Assembly (NCBI GenBank): GCA_963769935.1 | Contig: CAVYNY010000007.1 | Location: 64,001-128,000 of the forward strand | Length of the DNA stretch: 64,000 nucleotides | Reading direction: 5' to 3' | Source of the DNA: an uncultured delta proteobacterium | GTDB taxonomy: Bacteria; Desulfobacterota; Desulfobacteria; Desulfobacterales; JAFDCJ01 | Shown here: one piece after another, positions 1 through 9,851 of the stretch | How positions within the stretch are numbered: the first letter of the stretch is position 1 | How the letters are laid out: every line of letters starts with the position of its first letter | Program-made: the position numbers and the translations under genes | The notes under the pieces: model-generated | Told to the model about the DNA's origin: nothing | The model's input: only the letters and a program-made list of their open reading frames with translations | The model's database searches: none

Positions 1-129
1 CCGATCTTCAAAACGGATATTGGTTTCAAACGAACGTCCTGCGGAATACGCCCCGAGGGTGCGAATTCGTTCGCGGGTGGTTTTAAGGTCGGACAGGAAA
101 AATTTGACTTCAACTTCCAAGGATTCCAT
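1..129 (-). CDS. CYTH-domain protein (class IV adenylate cyclase / triphosphate tunnel metalloenzyme), 5' part; runs off the window
   Basis: Not in ORF track. Minus strand from ATG at 129 reads MESLEVEVKFFLSDLKTTRERIRTLGAYSAGRSFETNIRFEDR with the N-terminal ExExK motif; GGAGG RBS at 143-147. Confidence 0.8.
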   Translation of the reverse strand, partial: MESLEVEVKFFLSDLKTTRERIRTLGAYSAGRSFETNIRFEDR

Positions 130-361
130 TGCTGTTCGATTGCCTCCAACAACAAAGCGGCCTAATTTTAAGATTACTCCGGGAATTTTTCCGAGAGGGG
201 TTCACGCAGCTGCCGGGCCGCTCGCAGATCTTTCGACTTAAACTGAATGCTGAAACCGCTTCAAATATTTTTTCATTTCTGGGCGGAAGACCGAGTTATA
301 ATACATTTACAGCGCTTGCTTTTGCAATGTAATTATCATGTTATTTAAATTAGTTTTTCCC

Positions 362-390
362 TTGACACCGTTAAAATTAGTATATATAAA
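362..390 (+). promoter_or_regulatory. sigma70-type promoter of rplM-rpsI
   Basis: TTGACA (362-367), 17 bp spacer, TATAAA (385-390). Confidence 0.7.
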
Positions 391-423
391 TACTGATTCA
401 TTTAAAGATTGGAGTGGTAAACC

Positions 424-858
424 GTGAAGAAATATACATACAGTGCTAAGAAATCGGATAATGATGGCAGGTGGTGTATGGTTGATGCCAGCGGCGCCGT
501 TTTAGGTCGTCTGGCGTCTGTCGTGGCCGCGCGCCTGCAGGGCAAGCACAACCCCTTGTTTACGCCGCATGTCGATACCGGTGACTGGATCATCGTGATC
601 AATGCCGACAAAGTAGTGCTTACCGGGAAAAAACTGGATCAAAAATGCTATTACCGGCACAGCGGGTATATCGGCGGTCTTAAGACGACCACTGCCAGAG
701 AGCTCACCGAAAAACGTCCGGAAGATCTGGTGCGTTTTGCCGTCAAAGGCATGCTGCCCAAAAACAAACTCGGACGGAAGCAGTTCAAGAAGCTGAAAGT
801 ATATGCCGGAGACCGGCACCCGCATGAAGCTCAGAATCCTGAAGTTCTGGAAATATAA
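424..858 (+). CDS. rplM: 50S ribosomal protein L13
   Basis: [40 protein letters not shown] motifs. Confidence 0.99.
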   Translation: MKKYTYSAKKSDNDGRWCMVDASGAVLGRLASVVAARLQGKHNPLFTPHVDTGDWIIVINADKVVLTGKKLDQKCYYRHSGYIGGLKTTTARELTEKRPEDLVRFAVKGMLPKNKLGRKQFKKLKVYAGDRHPHEAQNPEVLEI

Positions 859-883
859 ATAAAATTATTTTTAGGGGAATCCA

Positions 884-1279
884 ATGGAGCAAGAAAACGT
901 TTTTTATGCAACCGGCAGACGCAAGACCGCCATTGCCAGGACGTGGTTAAAACCGGGCAGCGGTGAGATCATCATTAACAATCGTCCGGTGGAAGAATTT
1001 TTTCCGATTGAGACCATACGCAATGAAATGACCCATCCGTTTAAAATTACCAATACCTTGGGTTCCTATGATGTTAGAGCAACTGTCGTCGGCGGCGGTG
1101 TATCCGGTCAGGCCGGCGCCGTTCGGCACGGCATAACCAGGGCCCTGGTATTGGCCAACCCTGATTTGAGAATACCGCTGAAAAAAGCCGGCTTTATCAA
1201 GCGCGATCCAAGAGTCAAGGAAAGAAAAAAATACGGTCAGCGCGGTGCGAGAGCCCGATTCCAGTTTTCCAAGCGCTAA
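884..1279 (+). CDS. rpsI: 30S ribosomal protein S9
   Basis: [28 protein letters not shown]...QFSKR. Confidence 0.99.
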   Translation: MEQENVFYATGRRKTAIARTWLKPGSGEIIINNRPVEEFFPIETIRNEMTHPFKITNTLGSYDVRATVVGGGVSGQAGAVRHGITRALVLANPDLRIPLKKAGFIKRDPRVKERKKYGQRGARARFQFSKR

Positions 1280-1301
1280 TCCATTTTTATTGACGCTCTA
1301 T

Positions 1302-1334
1302 AAGGGAATAGACTATTGTCTATTCCCTTTTTTT
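1302..1334 (+). terminator. Rho-independent terminator
   Basis: AAGGGAATAGAC-tatt-GTCTATTCCCTT followed by a T run. Confidence 0.9.
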
Positions 1335-1512
1335 ATCCCGATACTTCAGCATTCCTGCGGTTTAAATTCAAAAGTCCCTTTGGGGGCGAGCCAACATGTG
1401 GTCCTCAGGGCCGGATTTTTTTACCAGACGGAGCAGGTGACTTTCACTTGTATTGCGGAGTGATTTGTGTCATAGATTTTTCGAGTTGCATCCGAAAAAT
1501 GGAGGTAAAATC

Positions 1513-2295
1513 ATGCCGGTAAATAAAATCGATCTGAATTCCGATTTGGGGGAAAGCTTCGGAAATTATAAACTCGGCCTGGATGAGCAGGTCATCCCGC
1601 TAATCAGCTCGGCCAACATTGCCTGCGGTTTTCACGCCGGCGATCCATCGGTGATGAAGCACACGGTGGCGATTGCCAAAGAAAACGGCGTGGCCCTCGG
1701 CGCCCATCCGGGATTTCCGGACCTGCTCGGCTTCGGCCGGCGCAATCTGGAAGCTTCCCTGGATGAAATCAAAGATTATGTAACTTACCAGATCGGCGCT
1801 CTTCAGGCATTTGCAACTGCCCAGGGGATGAAATTGCAGCATGTCAAACCCCACGGCGCCCTCTATAACATGGCCGTTCGGAATCCGGATATATGGCAAG
1901 CTGTTGCCCAGGCCGTTGCCGCCGTGGACAGGCGCCTTATTTTATTTGTCCTGGCCGGTTCCAATCGCCGGGATCTGGAAGCCATCGCCGCCGGAAACGG
2001 AATTCGCATGGCGTTTGAGTTCTTTGGCGACAGAGCTTACAATCCGGATGGATCTCTGGTTTCGCGCAAAGAACCCGGTGCGGTGATTCATGATCAACAG
2101 GCCGTGGCGGCAAAGGTTCTGAAGATGGTCAAGGAGGGCAGGGTGGTTTGCCGGGACGGCTCTGAAATTGAAATGGCGGCGGATACCATCTGTGTGCACG
2201 GCGACAACCCGGCTGCGGTGGCGTTGGTGAGAACAATCCGCGAGAGCCTGCAGGCATCAGGGGTCGAGATTGCTGCGCCGGAAACGTTTTTGTAG
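1513..2295 (+). CDS. pxpA: 5-oxoprolinase subunit A (LamB/YcsF family)
   Basis: IDLNSDLGESFG, SANIACGFHAGDP, HVKPHGALYN, TICVHGD; start placed after GGAGG. Confidence 0.93.
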   Translation: MPVNKIDLNSDLGESFGNYKLGLDEQVIPLISSANIACGFHAGDPSVMKHTVAIAKENGVALGAHPGFPDLLGFGRRNLEASLDEIKDYVTYQIGALQAFATAQGMKLQHVKPHGALYNMAVRNPDIWQAVAQAVAAVDRRLILFVLAGSNRRDLEAIAAGNGIRMAFEFFGDRAYNPDGSLVSRKEPGAVIHDQQAVAAKVLKMVKEGRVVCRDGSEIEMAADTICVHGDNPAAVALVRTIRESLQASGVEIAAPETFL

Positions 2296-2347
2296 ATGCG
2301 AATTTGGGCCGTGGCGCCTGGAAAGCCATGCTGATGAGAAATGGTAT

Positions 2348-2589
2348 AAATTACAAATTCCAAGCACCAACTTCCAAATAAATTCCAAATCACAATGATC
2401 AATAACCGAAACCGGCAACCAAGCAGGTCCAGCTGGTTAGTTTTCGGTGTTAAGAACTCGCGTACGTTCGTGATCAGGGATCGCTTTTTTATAAGAAGCA
2501 ATAACCAAAACCTGTTGAAGTGCAGTTTGGAATTTTGAATTTTGGGTATTGGAATTTGTTTGGGATTTGTTATTTGGAATTTGTAATTT
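2348..2589. repeat. Inverted-arm element of degenerate heptamers (AAATTMC family), copy 1
   Basis: Left arm aaattac-aaattcc-aagcacc-aacttcc-aaat-aaattcc aligns in register with the reverse complement of the right arm ending ttggaatttgtaattt. Confidence 0.8.
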
Positions 2590-2670
2590 TGATTAACGTC
2601 TGCCTCTAGAACTGAACCATATAGCCGGATGGTTCATGGGAAACTCCATGAGCCTCAATGGCATCTTAGC

Positions 2671-3366
2671 ATGCTCTACAAAGAACCCATATTCCGTCTC
2701 ATGGGAGACCGCGCCCTTCTGGTCGAACTGGGGGATGAAATCAGTCCCGCCGTGAACCAGAGCATTCAGGAACTTTTTGCCGGATTAGACATTCAAAAGC
2801 CCCAAGGGATTCTCGAACTGGTACCCAGCTACCGATCCTTGCTGGTGATCTGTGATCCATTGGTTGTATCCCTGGCGGATCTCAAGCTTACCATAATTGA
2901 AATCCACAATAATCTGGATAGATCGCAATTGCCGGCACCGCGGACGGTCAAAATCCCGGTGGTATACGGCGGCAATTACGGGCCGGACCTGGCAGCGGTG
3001 GCAGCGTATCACCACATGAGCGCCGAGGAGGTGATCGGTTATCATACCCAAACAACCTACCGGGTGTATATGATCGGCTTCACGCCGGGATATCCCTATC
3101 TGGGTGAACTGCCGGATGCCATTGCCACCCCGCGGCGCCAAACCCCGCGAACCCTGGTACCTAAAGGATCGGTGGGGATAGCCCAAAAGCAGACCGGCAT
3201 TTACTCGGTTGACAGCCCGGGCGGGTGGCAGATTATCGGATGGACCCCCATCCCGCTCTTTGATTCGCGAAGCAATCCGCCGAGTCTGCTGGTAATGGGA
3301 GACCGGGTTGAATTTCATTCGATAACCGCTGAGGAAGCTGATCGATGGCAGCCGCACAGATTATAG
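2671..3366 (+). CDS. pxpB: 5-oxoprolinase subunit B (carboxyltransferase C/D)
   Basis: GDRALLVE, IPVVYGG, MIGFTPGYPYLG, SPGGWQIIG; start uncertain. Confidence 0.92.
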   Translation: MLYKEPIFRLMGDRALLVELGDEISPAVNQSIQELFAGLDIQKPQGILELVPSYRSLLVICDPLVVSLADLKLTIIEIHNNLDRSQLPAPRTVKIPVVYGGNYGPDLAAVAAYHHMSAEEVIGYHTQTTYRVYMIGFTPGYPYLGELPDAIATPRRQTPRTLVPKGSVGIAQKQTGIYSVDSPGGWQIIGWTPIPLFDSRSNPPSLLVMGDRVEFHSITAEEADRWQPHRL

Positions 3367-4307
3367 AAATACTGTCGCCGGGTGCTTTGACATCGGTTCA
3401 GGATCTGGGGCGCTACGGCTACGGCCGGTTCGGCGTTGCGCCCAGCGGTGCGCTGGATGCATTTGCGCTTCGCGTCGCCAATCTGCTGGTCGGCAATCGC
3501 CAGGATCAGGCCTGCCTGGAGTCGATGCTGCTGGGCCCGAGGGCCAGGGTTTTAACCGATATCGTGGCGGCTGTTGCGGGCGGCGACTTGCAGCCCCGGC
3601 GCAACGGGCAGCCGATCCGGATGTGGCAGCCCTATGTGTTTAAAAGAGACGACATCTTGTCATTCAGGACGCCGCTCAGCGGGTTCAGGGCCTATATTGC
3701 CGTTGCCGGCGGCATCGATGTACCGGTTGTCATGGGCAGCAGGTCAACCAATCTGCCCTCCGGCTTGGGCGGTTATCAGGGACGGCAGTTGAGAAAAGGC
3801 GATGTCCTGCGGTCGGAATCGACCGGCTGTGATGTGGACATTACCGGTCGTGTCATTAATTCCGGCTGGATTCCGCAATATTCAAACAAATGGATTTTAC
3901 GGGTGGTCTGGGGGCCGCAGGATGACCATTTTCCGTCTAAAAGCCGGGATCTTTTTTTGAACTCCGTTTTTAAAATGTCGCCCGAATCCGATCGAACCGG
4001 CATCCGGCTGCAGGGCCAGGCGATACCGCCCAACGCAGACATCGCAGAATCGATCATTTCAGAGGGCGTCGTCTCGGGTTCCATTCAGATTCCGGGCGAC
4101 GGCCAACCCATTATTATTTTAGGGGAGACGGTGACCGGCGGCTACCGTAAAATTGCCACCGTGATTTCAGCCGATCTGCCGCTGCTGGGCCAAATCAAAC
4201 CGGGCGATGAAATACGATTCACCGCTGTTTCTTTGGAAGCGTCCTATCGAGCACTGCGGGAAACGGAAGACCTGATCCGCCGAATCGAACAGAGCTTATC
4301 GGTTTGA
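3345..4307 (+). CDS. pxpC: 5-oxoprolinase subunit C (carboxyltransferase A/B)
   Basis: VQDLGRYG, ANLLVGN, GSRST, SDRTGIRL, GSIQIPGDGQPII, TGGY. Confidence 0.92.
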   Translation: MAAAQIIEILSPGALTSVQDLGRYGYGRFGVAPSGALDAFALRVANLLVGNRQDQACLESMLLGPRARVLTDIVAAVAGGDLQPRRNGQPIRMWQPYVFKRDDILSFRTPLSGFRAYIAVAGGIDVPVVMGSRSTNLPSGLGGYQGRQLRKGDVLRSESTGCDVDITGRVINSGWIPQYSNKWILRVVWGPQDDHFPSKSRDLFLNSVFKMSPESDRTGIRLQGQAIPPNADIAESIISEGVVSGSIQIPGDGQPIIILGETVTGGYRKIATVISADLPLLGQIKPGDEIRFTAVSLEASYRALRETEDLIRRIEQSLSV

Positions 4308-4360
4308 AGCTTTTTTGGTGGTAATTGAACCGACAGGCATCAAACAAAGGAGGATGGAAA

Positions 4361-5824
4361 ATGGCAACCAACAACTATAAGATGTACATCAATGGTGAGT
4401 GGGTTGGCAAAAATGAAAATTTTGCCGATTATAATCCTGCCAACGGGGCCGTCTGGGCCGAAATTTCCAACGGCACGCGCGATGATGCGAAAAAAGCCAT
4501 TGCGGCCGCGGCCGCCGCGCAGGCAGAATGGGCGGCTTTGCCTCACCCGCAGCGGGCCGGCTATCTGCTGAAGGCAGCCGATCTGCTGGAAAAGCGCCAG
4601 ATGGATTTCGTAAACGCGCTGATCGATGAAGGCGGGGGGTGGATCGGCAAGGGCATGTTTGAGAGCGGCTATACGCCCGGCATCTTTCGGTCCGCCGCCG
4701 CCGCGGTCTACCAGATGACCGGCGAGATCCTGCCTTCGGACCACGGCAAAATAAGCATGGTGGTCCGCCAGCCGCTGGGCGTCGTGTCGGTGATCTCGCC
4801 GTGGAATTTTCCGCTGTTGCTTTCTGCGCGCGGCTTGGCGGTCGCCCTGGCGGTGGGCAACACGGTCGTGCTGAAGCCTTCGGAGGAAACCCCGGTGGCC
4901 GGCGGCCTGCTGATCGCAGAACTCTTCGAGGAAGTTAAACTGCCGAAAGGGGTTTTTAATGTGGTGACCTGTTCACGGGACAATGTGGCCGAGGTCGGTG
5001 ATGAAATGGTAGTCAATCCGCGGGTGGGTGCCGTCAGCTTTACCGGATCGACAGCCGTCGGCAGGCAGTTGGCCGCCAAAGCCGGGCAGCTGCTCAAGAA
5101 AGTCTGTATGGAACTGGGCGGCAAAGATTCCCTGATCATTCTCGATGACGCCGACATGGAACTGGCACTGAATGCAGCCACGTTCGGCACCTTTATGCAC
5201 CAGGGACAGATCTGTATGTCGGTGGAGAAAATCATCGTCGATGAATCGATTGCCGACGAGTTTACCGAGCGGTTTGTGGCCAAGGTGAAAACGCTCAATG
5301 TCGGCAACCCCCGGGAGATGCCCAATGTGATCGGGCCGATTATCAACCAGCGGCAGCTGGATAAAATTCACGGGCAGGTTACCGATGCCGTCGAAAAAGG
5401 TGCCCGGCTTTTGACGGGCGGCACTTTCGAAGGTTTGTTTTACCGGCCGACGGTACTGACCGGCATCAAACCTGAAATGCGCATTTATCAGGAAGAAAAC
5501 TTCGGTCCGGTGGCACCGATTATTACGGTCAAGGGTGTCGATGAAGCGGTTGCGGTGGCCAATGATTCGGAGTACGGCCTTTCAGCGGGCATTATCACGC
5601 GCGACGAGGAAAAGGGTCTTGCGGTAGCCCATCGCCTGCAAACGGGCATGGCGCACGTCAATGACAGTTCGGTGAATGACGAGCCGCATGTGCCGTTTGG
5701 CGGCGTTAAAAACAGCGGCCTCGGACGCCACGGCGGCAGGGCATCCGTGGAGGCCTTTACCGAGCTTCGCTGGTTGACGCTGGAGCGGGGCGGCACGCAT
5801 TATCCGCCGCCGTTCGTCGTGTAG
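4361..5824 (+). CDS. NAD(P)-dependent aldehyde dehydrogenase, aromatic-aldehyde (vanillin/salicylaldehyde DH)-like
   Basis: PWNFP, FTGST, ELGGKD, GQICMS catalytic Cys, EENFGP, C-terminal ELRWLT...HYP. Confidence 0.9.
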   Translation: MATNNYKMYINGEWVGKNENFADYNPANGAVWAEISNGTRDDAKKAIAAAAAAQAEWAALPHPQRAGYLLKAADLLEKRQMDFVNALIDEGGGWIGKGMFESGYTPGIFRSAAAAVYQMTGEILPSDHGKISMVVRQPLGVVSVISPWNFPLLLSARGLAVALAVGNTVVLKPSEETPVAGGLLIAELFEEVKLPKGVFNVVTCSRDNVAEVGDEMVVNPRVGAVSFTGSTAVGRQLAAKAGQLLKKVCMELGGKDSLIILDDADMELALNAATFGTFMHQGQICMSVEKIIVDESIADEFTERFVAKVKTLNVGNPREMPNVIGPIINQRQLDKIHGQVTDAVEKGARLLTGGTFEGLFYRPTVLTGIKPEMRIYQEENFGPVAPIITVKGVDEAVAVANDSEYGLSAGIITRDEEKGLAVAHRLQTGMAHVNDSSVNDEPHVPFGGVKNSGLGRHGGRASVEAFTELRWLTLERGGTHYPPPFVV

Positions 5825-5862
5825 ACGATCGTCCAAACATCTAAAAAAGGAAAGGATGTAGT

Positions 5863-8523
5863 ATGGAACACTACAGGCTTTTTATCAACGGGGAATTTGT
5901 CGATGCTCAAAGCGGTGAGACTTTCGAATCCATTGATCCGGGAACCGGGCTTGCTATTGCCACCGTAGCAAAGGCCGGCGCGGCCGAGGCCGAAGCGGCC
6001 ATCTCCGCGGCGCGGCGGGCGTTCGACAGCGGGACCTGGAGCGGGCTGACACCGGCCGCCCGGGCGGAAAAGATCTATGATTTTGCCGATCAGATCACCC
6101 AACAAACCTTGCGTCTGGCGGTCACCGAAGCCATGGATTCCGGCCAGGTCATCGGACTGACCAAGTACTGGGGCATGCTCGGCTCCCAGCTGCTGCGCAA
6201 TTTCGCCCACTATGCGGCCACCAGGTTCCCCTGGGAAGAAGAAATTCCCTATGCCGGCAACGTCTTTGCCCCCGGTCGCGACTTTATCCGCCGCGAACCG
6301 GTGGGTGTCTGTGTGGGAATCATCCCGTGGAATTTTCCGCTGAGCATGGCTTTTTGGAAGATCGGCCAGGCCATTGCGATGGGCAACACCATCGTGTTGA
6401 AACCGGCCTCGTCTACCCCTCTCGGCGCTCTCATCATCGCGGAGGCCGCCCAGGCAGCCGGCATTCCCAAGGGAGTCGTCAACATCCTGGCCGGGCCGGG
6501 CGCGGAACTGGGCCAAATCCTCTGCACCCATCCCGCCGTAGACAAAATTGCCTTTACCGGCAGTACGCAGGTCGGACGGCAAATCATGAAAATGGCCGCC
6601 GATACGGTCAAAAAAGTCACCCTCGAGCTGGGCGGCAAGTCAGCCAATATCATCCTCGACGATGCCGATATGGACCTGGCGGTCGAAGGCGCCTGCTTCG
6701 GCACATTTTTTCACCAGGGGCAGGTCTGCGACTCCGGCACCCGTGTCCTGGTTTCGTCCGGGATTTACGATGAGTTTATCGACCGGATGAAAAAACGCAC
6801 CGAGAATCTGCGGGTCGGCTATCAGCTGGATCCGGCATCCCACCTGGGTCCGTTGGTCAATGCCACCCAGCTGGCCACGGTGGAACGCTATGTTGCCCTG
6901 GGACGTGAAGAAGGCGCGCAGCTGCTGACCGGCGGTCGTCGGATCGAAATTGCCGGGATGGCGAACGGGTTCTATTTTGCGCCCACCGTCTTTGCGGACG
7001 CCAGGAACAGTATGCGCATCGCCCGGGAAGAGATTTTCGGGCCGGTGGTCTGTGTTTTAAAATTCGACAGCGACGAAGAAGCCGTCGCGATCGCCAATGA
7101 CTCCATGTACGGTCTGGCCGGCGGCGTGTTTTCCGGCAGCAACGCGCGCGCCGATCGCATCGCCCGCCGGATTCAAACCGGGACCATGTGGATCAATAAC
7201 TACCACGCCTTCGGCGATTTTTGTCCTTTCGGCGGGTACAAGCAGTCCGGCGTCGGCCGGGAGCTGGGCCACAGCGGGTTGGCCGAATACACCCAGATCA
7301 AACGGCTGCATGTAACCGCCAGCGCGGATCACCAGAGCAATTTTACCATGAAAATACTCGCCGACGATCCGCGGGTGCCCTTTATGCAATATATTTCACC
7401 TACCCTGGTCATCTCCGGCCACGGGTGTTTGTCTTCAATTTACAAGGAAGTTGTCAGGCTCAACTGCCGCCGGGCGCTGATCCTGACCGATGCCGGCGTC
7501 CGCCAGGCCGGATTGACGCGCCTGGTCGAGGAAGCTCTGGCGGATTTTTGCGTAGGCGTCTTTGACGCCATCTCGCAGGATACCGATCTGGCTACAGTGG
7601 ATGCAGCCGTGGCATTGGCCCATGAAAGACAGGCAGACTGCATCGTCAGTGTGGGCGGCGGCAGCGTCATCGATACGGGCAAGGCGGTCTGCGTGACCCT
7701 GAAAAACGGGGGCCGCGCAAATGACCATATCGCCCTGATGCGGCTTAGCGAGCCGCAGACGCCGCATATCGTGGTTCCCACGACCTCGGGCACCGGCAGC
7801 GAAGTAACCAGTGCGGCCGTTATAAAAAGCAAGACGGCGGGGCGCAAGGTTTATATCGTCGATAACTATATCGTTCCGAATACGGCCATCCTGGACCCCC
7901 GTTTTACCATGACCCTGCCGGCATTTTTGACTGCCAGCACTGCCATGGATGCCATGACCCATGCCGTGGAAGCGCTGACCAGCATCATGTCAAACCCCAT
8001 TTGCGATGGACACGCCCTACACGCCATCCGTTTAATCGCAGAAAATCTGCCCAAAGTCATTGCCGACGGGAAAGATGAAAAGGCCCGCATCAATATGCAG
8101 CTGGCTGCTACCATGGCCGGTTGGGCCTTCAATATTGCCCAGGTAGGGCTGGCCCACTCCATGGCACACACGGTGGGCATGCTGCACAACGTTCCCCACG
8201 GAGCGGCCTGCGGCATCGTCCTGCCGGCGGTGATGCGCTATAACGTCGATCATGCCGCCGTCAAGCTGGCTCTGGTGGCCCAGGCGCTGGGAGTCAACAT
8301 TCACGGCCTGCAGGAACGCGAAGCGGCTCTGGCCGCTGCCGATGCCGTGGAAGCGCTGATGAAGGCCGCGGGCCATCCGCTGAAATTACGCGACGTGGGC
8401 GTTCCGGAAGAAGGCTTGGATCTGGCTGCTTTTCACGCGATTGCCGACACGCCTTCGCTTTTTAATGCGCGACCGGTCAATGATCCGGGGCAGGTGGCCC
8501 AGCTTTTCCGGCAGGTATACTAG
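5863..8523 (+). CDS. Fusion of non-acylating aldehyde dehydrogenase (about aa 1-485) and iron-containing alcohol dehydrogenase (about aa 507-886)
   Basis: ELGGKS, GQVC, EEIFGPV, PFGGYKQSG, then VGGGSVID, PTTSGTGSE, DAMTH, HSMAH, PHG. Confidence 0.9.
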   Translation: MEHYRLFINGEFVDAQSGETFESIDPGTGLAIATVAKAGAAEAEAAISAARRAFDSGTWSGLTPAARAEKIYDFADQITQQTLRLAVTEAMDSGQVIGLTKYWGMLGSQLLRNFAHYAATRFPWEEEIPYAGNVFAPGRDFIRREPVGVCVGIIPWNFPLSMAFWKIGQAIAMGNTIVLKPASSTPLGALIIAEAAQAAGIPKGVVNILAGPGAELGQILCTHPAVDKIAFTGSTQVGRQIMKMAADTVKKVTLELGGKSANIILDDADMDLAVEGACFGTFFHQGQVCDSGTRVLVSSGIYDEFIDRMKKRTENLRVGYQLDPASHLGPLVNATQLATVERYVALGREEGAQLLTGGRRIEIAGMANGFYFAPTVFADARNSMRIAREEIFGPVVCVLKFDSDEEAVAIANDSMYGLAGGVFSGSNARADRIARRIQTGTMWINNYHAFGDFCPFGGYKQSGVGRELGHSGLAEYTQIKRLHVTASADHQSNFTMKILADDPRVPFMQYISPTLVISGHGCLSSIYKEVVRLNCRRALILTDAGVRQAGLTRLVEEALADFCVGVFDAISQDTDLATVDAAVALAHERQADCIVSVGGGSVIDTGKAVCVTLKNGGRANDHIALMRLSEPQTPHIVVPTTSGTGSEVTSAAVIKSKTAGRKVYIVDNYIVPNTAILDPRFTMTLPAFLTASTAMDAMTHAVEALTSIMSNPICDGHALHAIRLIAENLPKVIADGKDEKARINMQLAATMAGWAFNIAQVGLAHSMAHTVGMLHNVPHGAACGIVLPAVMRYNVDHAAVKLALVAQALGVNIHGLQEREAALAAADAVEALMKAAGHPLKLRDVGVPEEGLDLAAFHAIADTPSLFNARPVNDPGQVAQLFRQVY

Positions 8524-8591
8524 GTTTCTACGGTACTATTGCTATAAATAGGTTAATATACTGCTGACAAAAGTTCTTAAAAACCTGGACC

Positions 8592-8676
8592 TGGAGTACT
8601 GGAGCATTGGAGTATTGGAGTATTGAAAAATAAGCCATCAATACTTCAGGCATCACTCCATCACTCCAGCACTCCA
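8592..8676. repeat. Inverted-arm element of TGGAGTAY octamers
   Basis: tggagtac-tggagcat-tggagtat-tggagtat ... catcactc-catcactc-cagcactc-ca. Confidence 0.75.
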
Positions 8677-8761
8677 ACATGTCCGGAAGAAATCACGCCT
8701 CGGCGTAACGAAGTCGGCCATTCGGAAATTTTATGACTTTATTCGATACAGGATAACTCCT

Positions 8762-9775
8762 ATGAGCAAAATGATCATTAAAGGATCCTTCGTCGCTTTG
8801 ATCACGCCCTTTAAAAACGACGGTTCGGTCGATATAGAGGGATTCCGCCAACTGATTGAATTTCAGGCGCGCAACGGCACCAGCGCGCTATTGATCATGG
8901 GCTCGACCGGTGAAGTGTCGCTGCTCTCAGGGGAAGAGCGGCAGCAGGTCATCTCCGAAACAGTGGCGTTCAGAAAAGCCGGCCTGCCGCTTTTCTACGG
9001 CTGTACCGGCAACAACACCCGGGAGACGATCAGGATGGTTGAATACGCCGCCAAGGCCGGGGCCGATGGTGCCATCATCACTGTCCCATCCTACATCTAT
9101 GCTCCGGTTGAGGCTGCGATCATGTATTTTATGGAAGTGGCCGACGCCAGCCCCATTCCGGTGGGAATTTACAATAACCCGGTGCGCGTAGGCACGGACC
9201 TGCCGCCGGAAGCCATCATTGAACTGGCCGGTCACCCCAATATCGTCATCGACAAAGAGGCCATGGCCCGCCCCGGCCAGATTGCCCAAATTCTGGCAGC
9301 TGAAAAAGAAATGTCGCTGATGTGCTGCGACTCGCCAAACCTGGGCCTGGTGCCGGCGGTAATGTCCCTGGGCGGCCAGGGAACCGCCAATATGTCGGGC
9401 AATATTGCACCGCGGGAGATGGCCGCTATCTCCAAACCCTGGGAGACCTATGCGGATGCGGTCAATTTCCGGCAGACCTACCTGAAAATGCTGCCCCTGA
9501 TTCAGTTCAACTATTGCCGGGTGAATCCGGTGCCGGTGAAATCCCTTGCCAAAGCCCTTGGAATGCCGGCGGGCGACCTGCGCAAACCCTATCTGAATAT
9601 GACCGGCCCGGCGTTGCAGCGCGGAGTGGAAATCGTAAAAAAACTGGGTTTGGTCGCGCAGTACGATTTTCAGATCAATGAGAATGATTTCGCGGATCAG
9701 CAAGCATCTGCCTCGCTGAATGCATCGGCAGCCTCCCAGGTGCAGACGAATCCGGGGAAATGCTTTATCGGTTGA
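8762..9775 (+). CDS. Dihydrodipicolinate synthase / N-acetylneuraminate lyase family class I aldolase
   Basis: ALITPF, MGSTGE, IYNNPVR, Schiff-base Lys in IDKEA, NPVPVK. Confidence 0.85.
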   Translation: MSKMIIKGSFVALITPFKNDGSVDIEGFRQLIEFQARNGTSALLIMGSTGEVSLLSGEERQQVISETVAFRKAGLPLFYGCTGNNTRETIRMVEYAAKAGADGAIITVPSYIYAPVEAAIMYFMEVADASPIPVGIYNNPVRVGTDLPPEAIIELAGHPNIVIDKEAMARPGQIAQILAAEKEMSLMCCDSPNLGLVPAVMSLGGQGTANMSGNIAPREMAAISKPWETYADAVNFRQTYLKMLPLIQFNYCRVNPVPVKSLAKALGMPAGDLRKPYLNMTGPALQRGVEIVKKLGLVAQYDFQINENDFADQQASASLNASAASQVQTNPGKCFIG

Positions 9776-9851
9776 AGGTTATCAATATAGATAGATCCGT
9801 TTGATATGTGAATGCCGTTCGTTAACTATCTGCTGTATACAAGGAGTCGTT

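Noticed and set aside
20..332. Plus-strand ORFs 20-241 and 129-332
   Set aside because: No motifs; the real coding signal is the minus-strand CYTH gene at 1-129
5863..8523. Labelling the fusion adhE
   Set aside because: The ALDH half is of the non-acylating type
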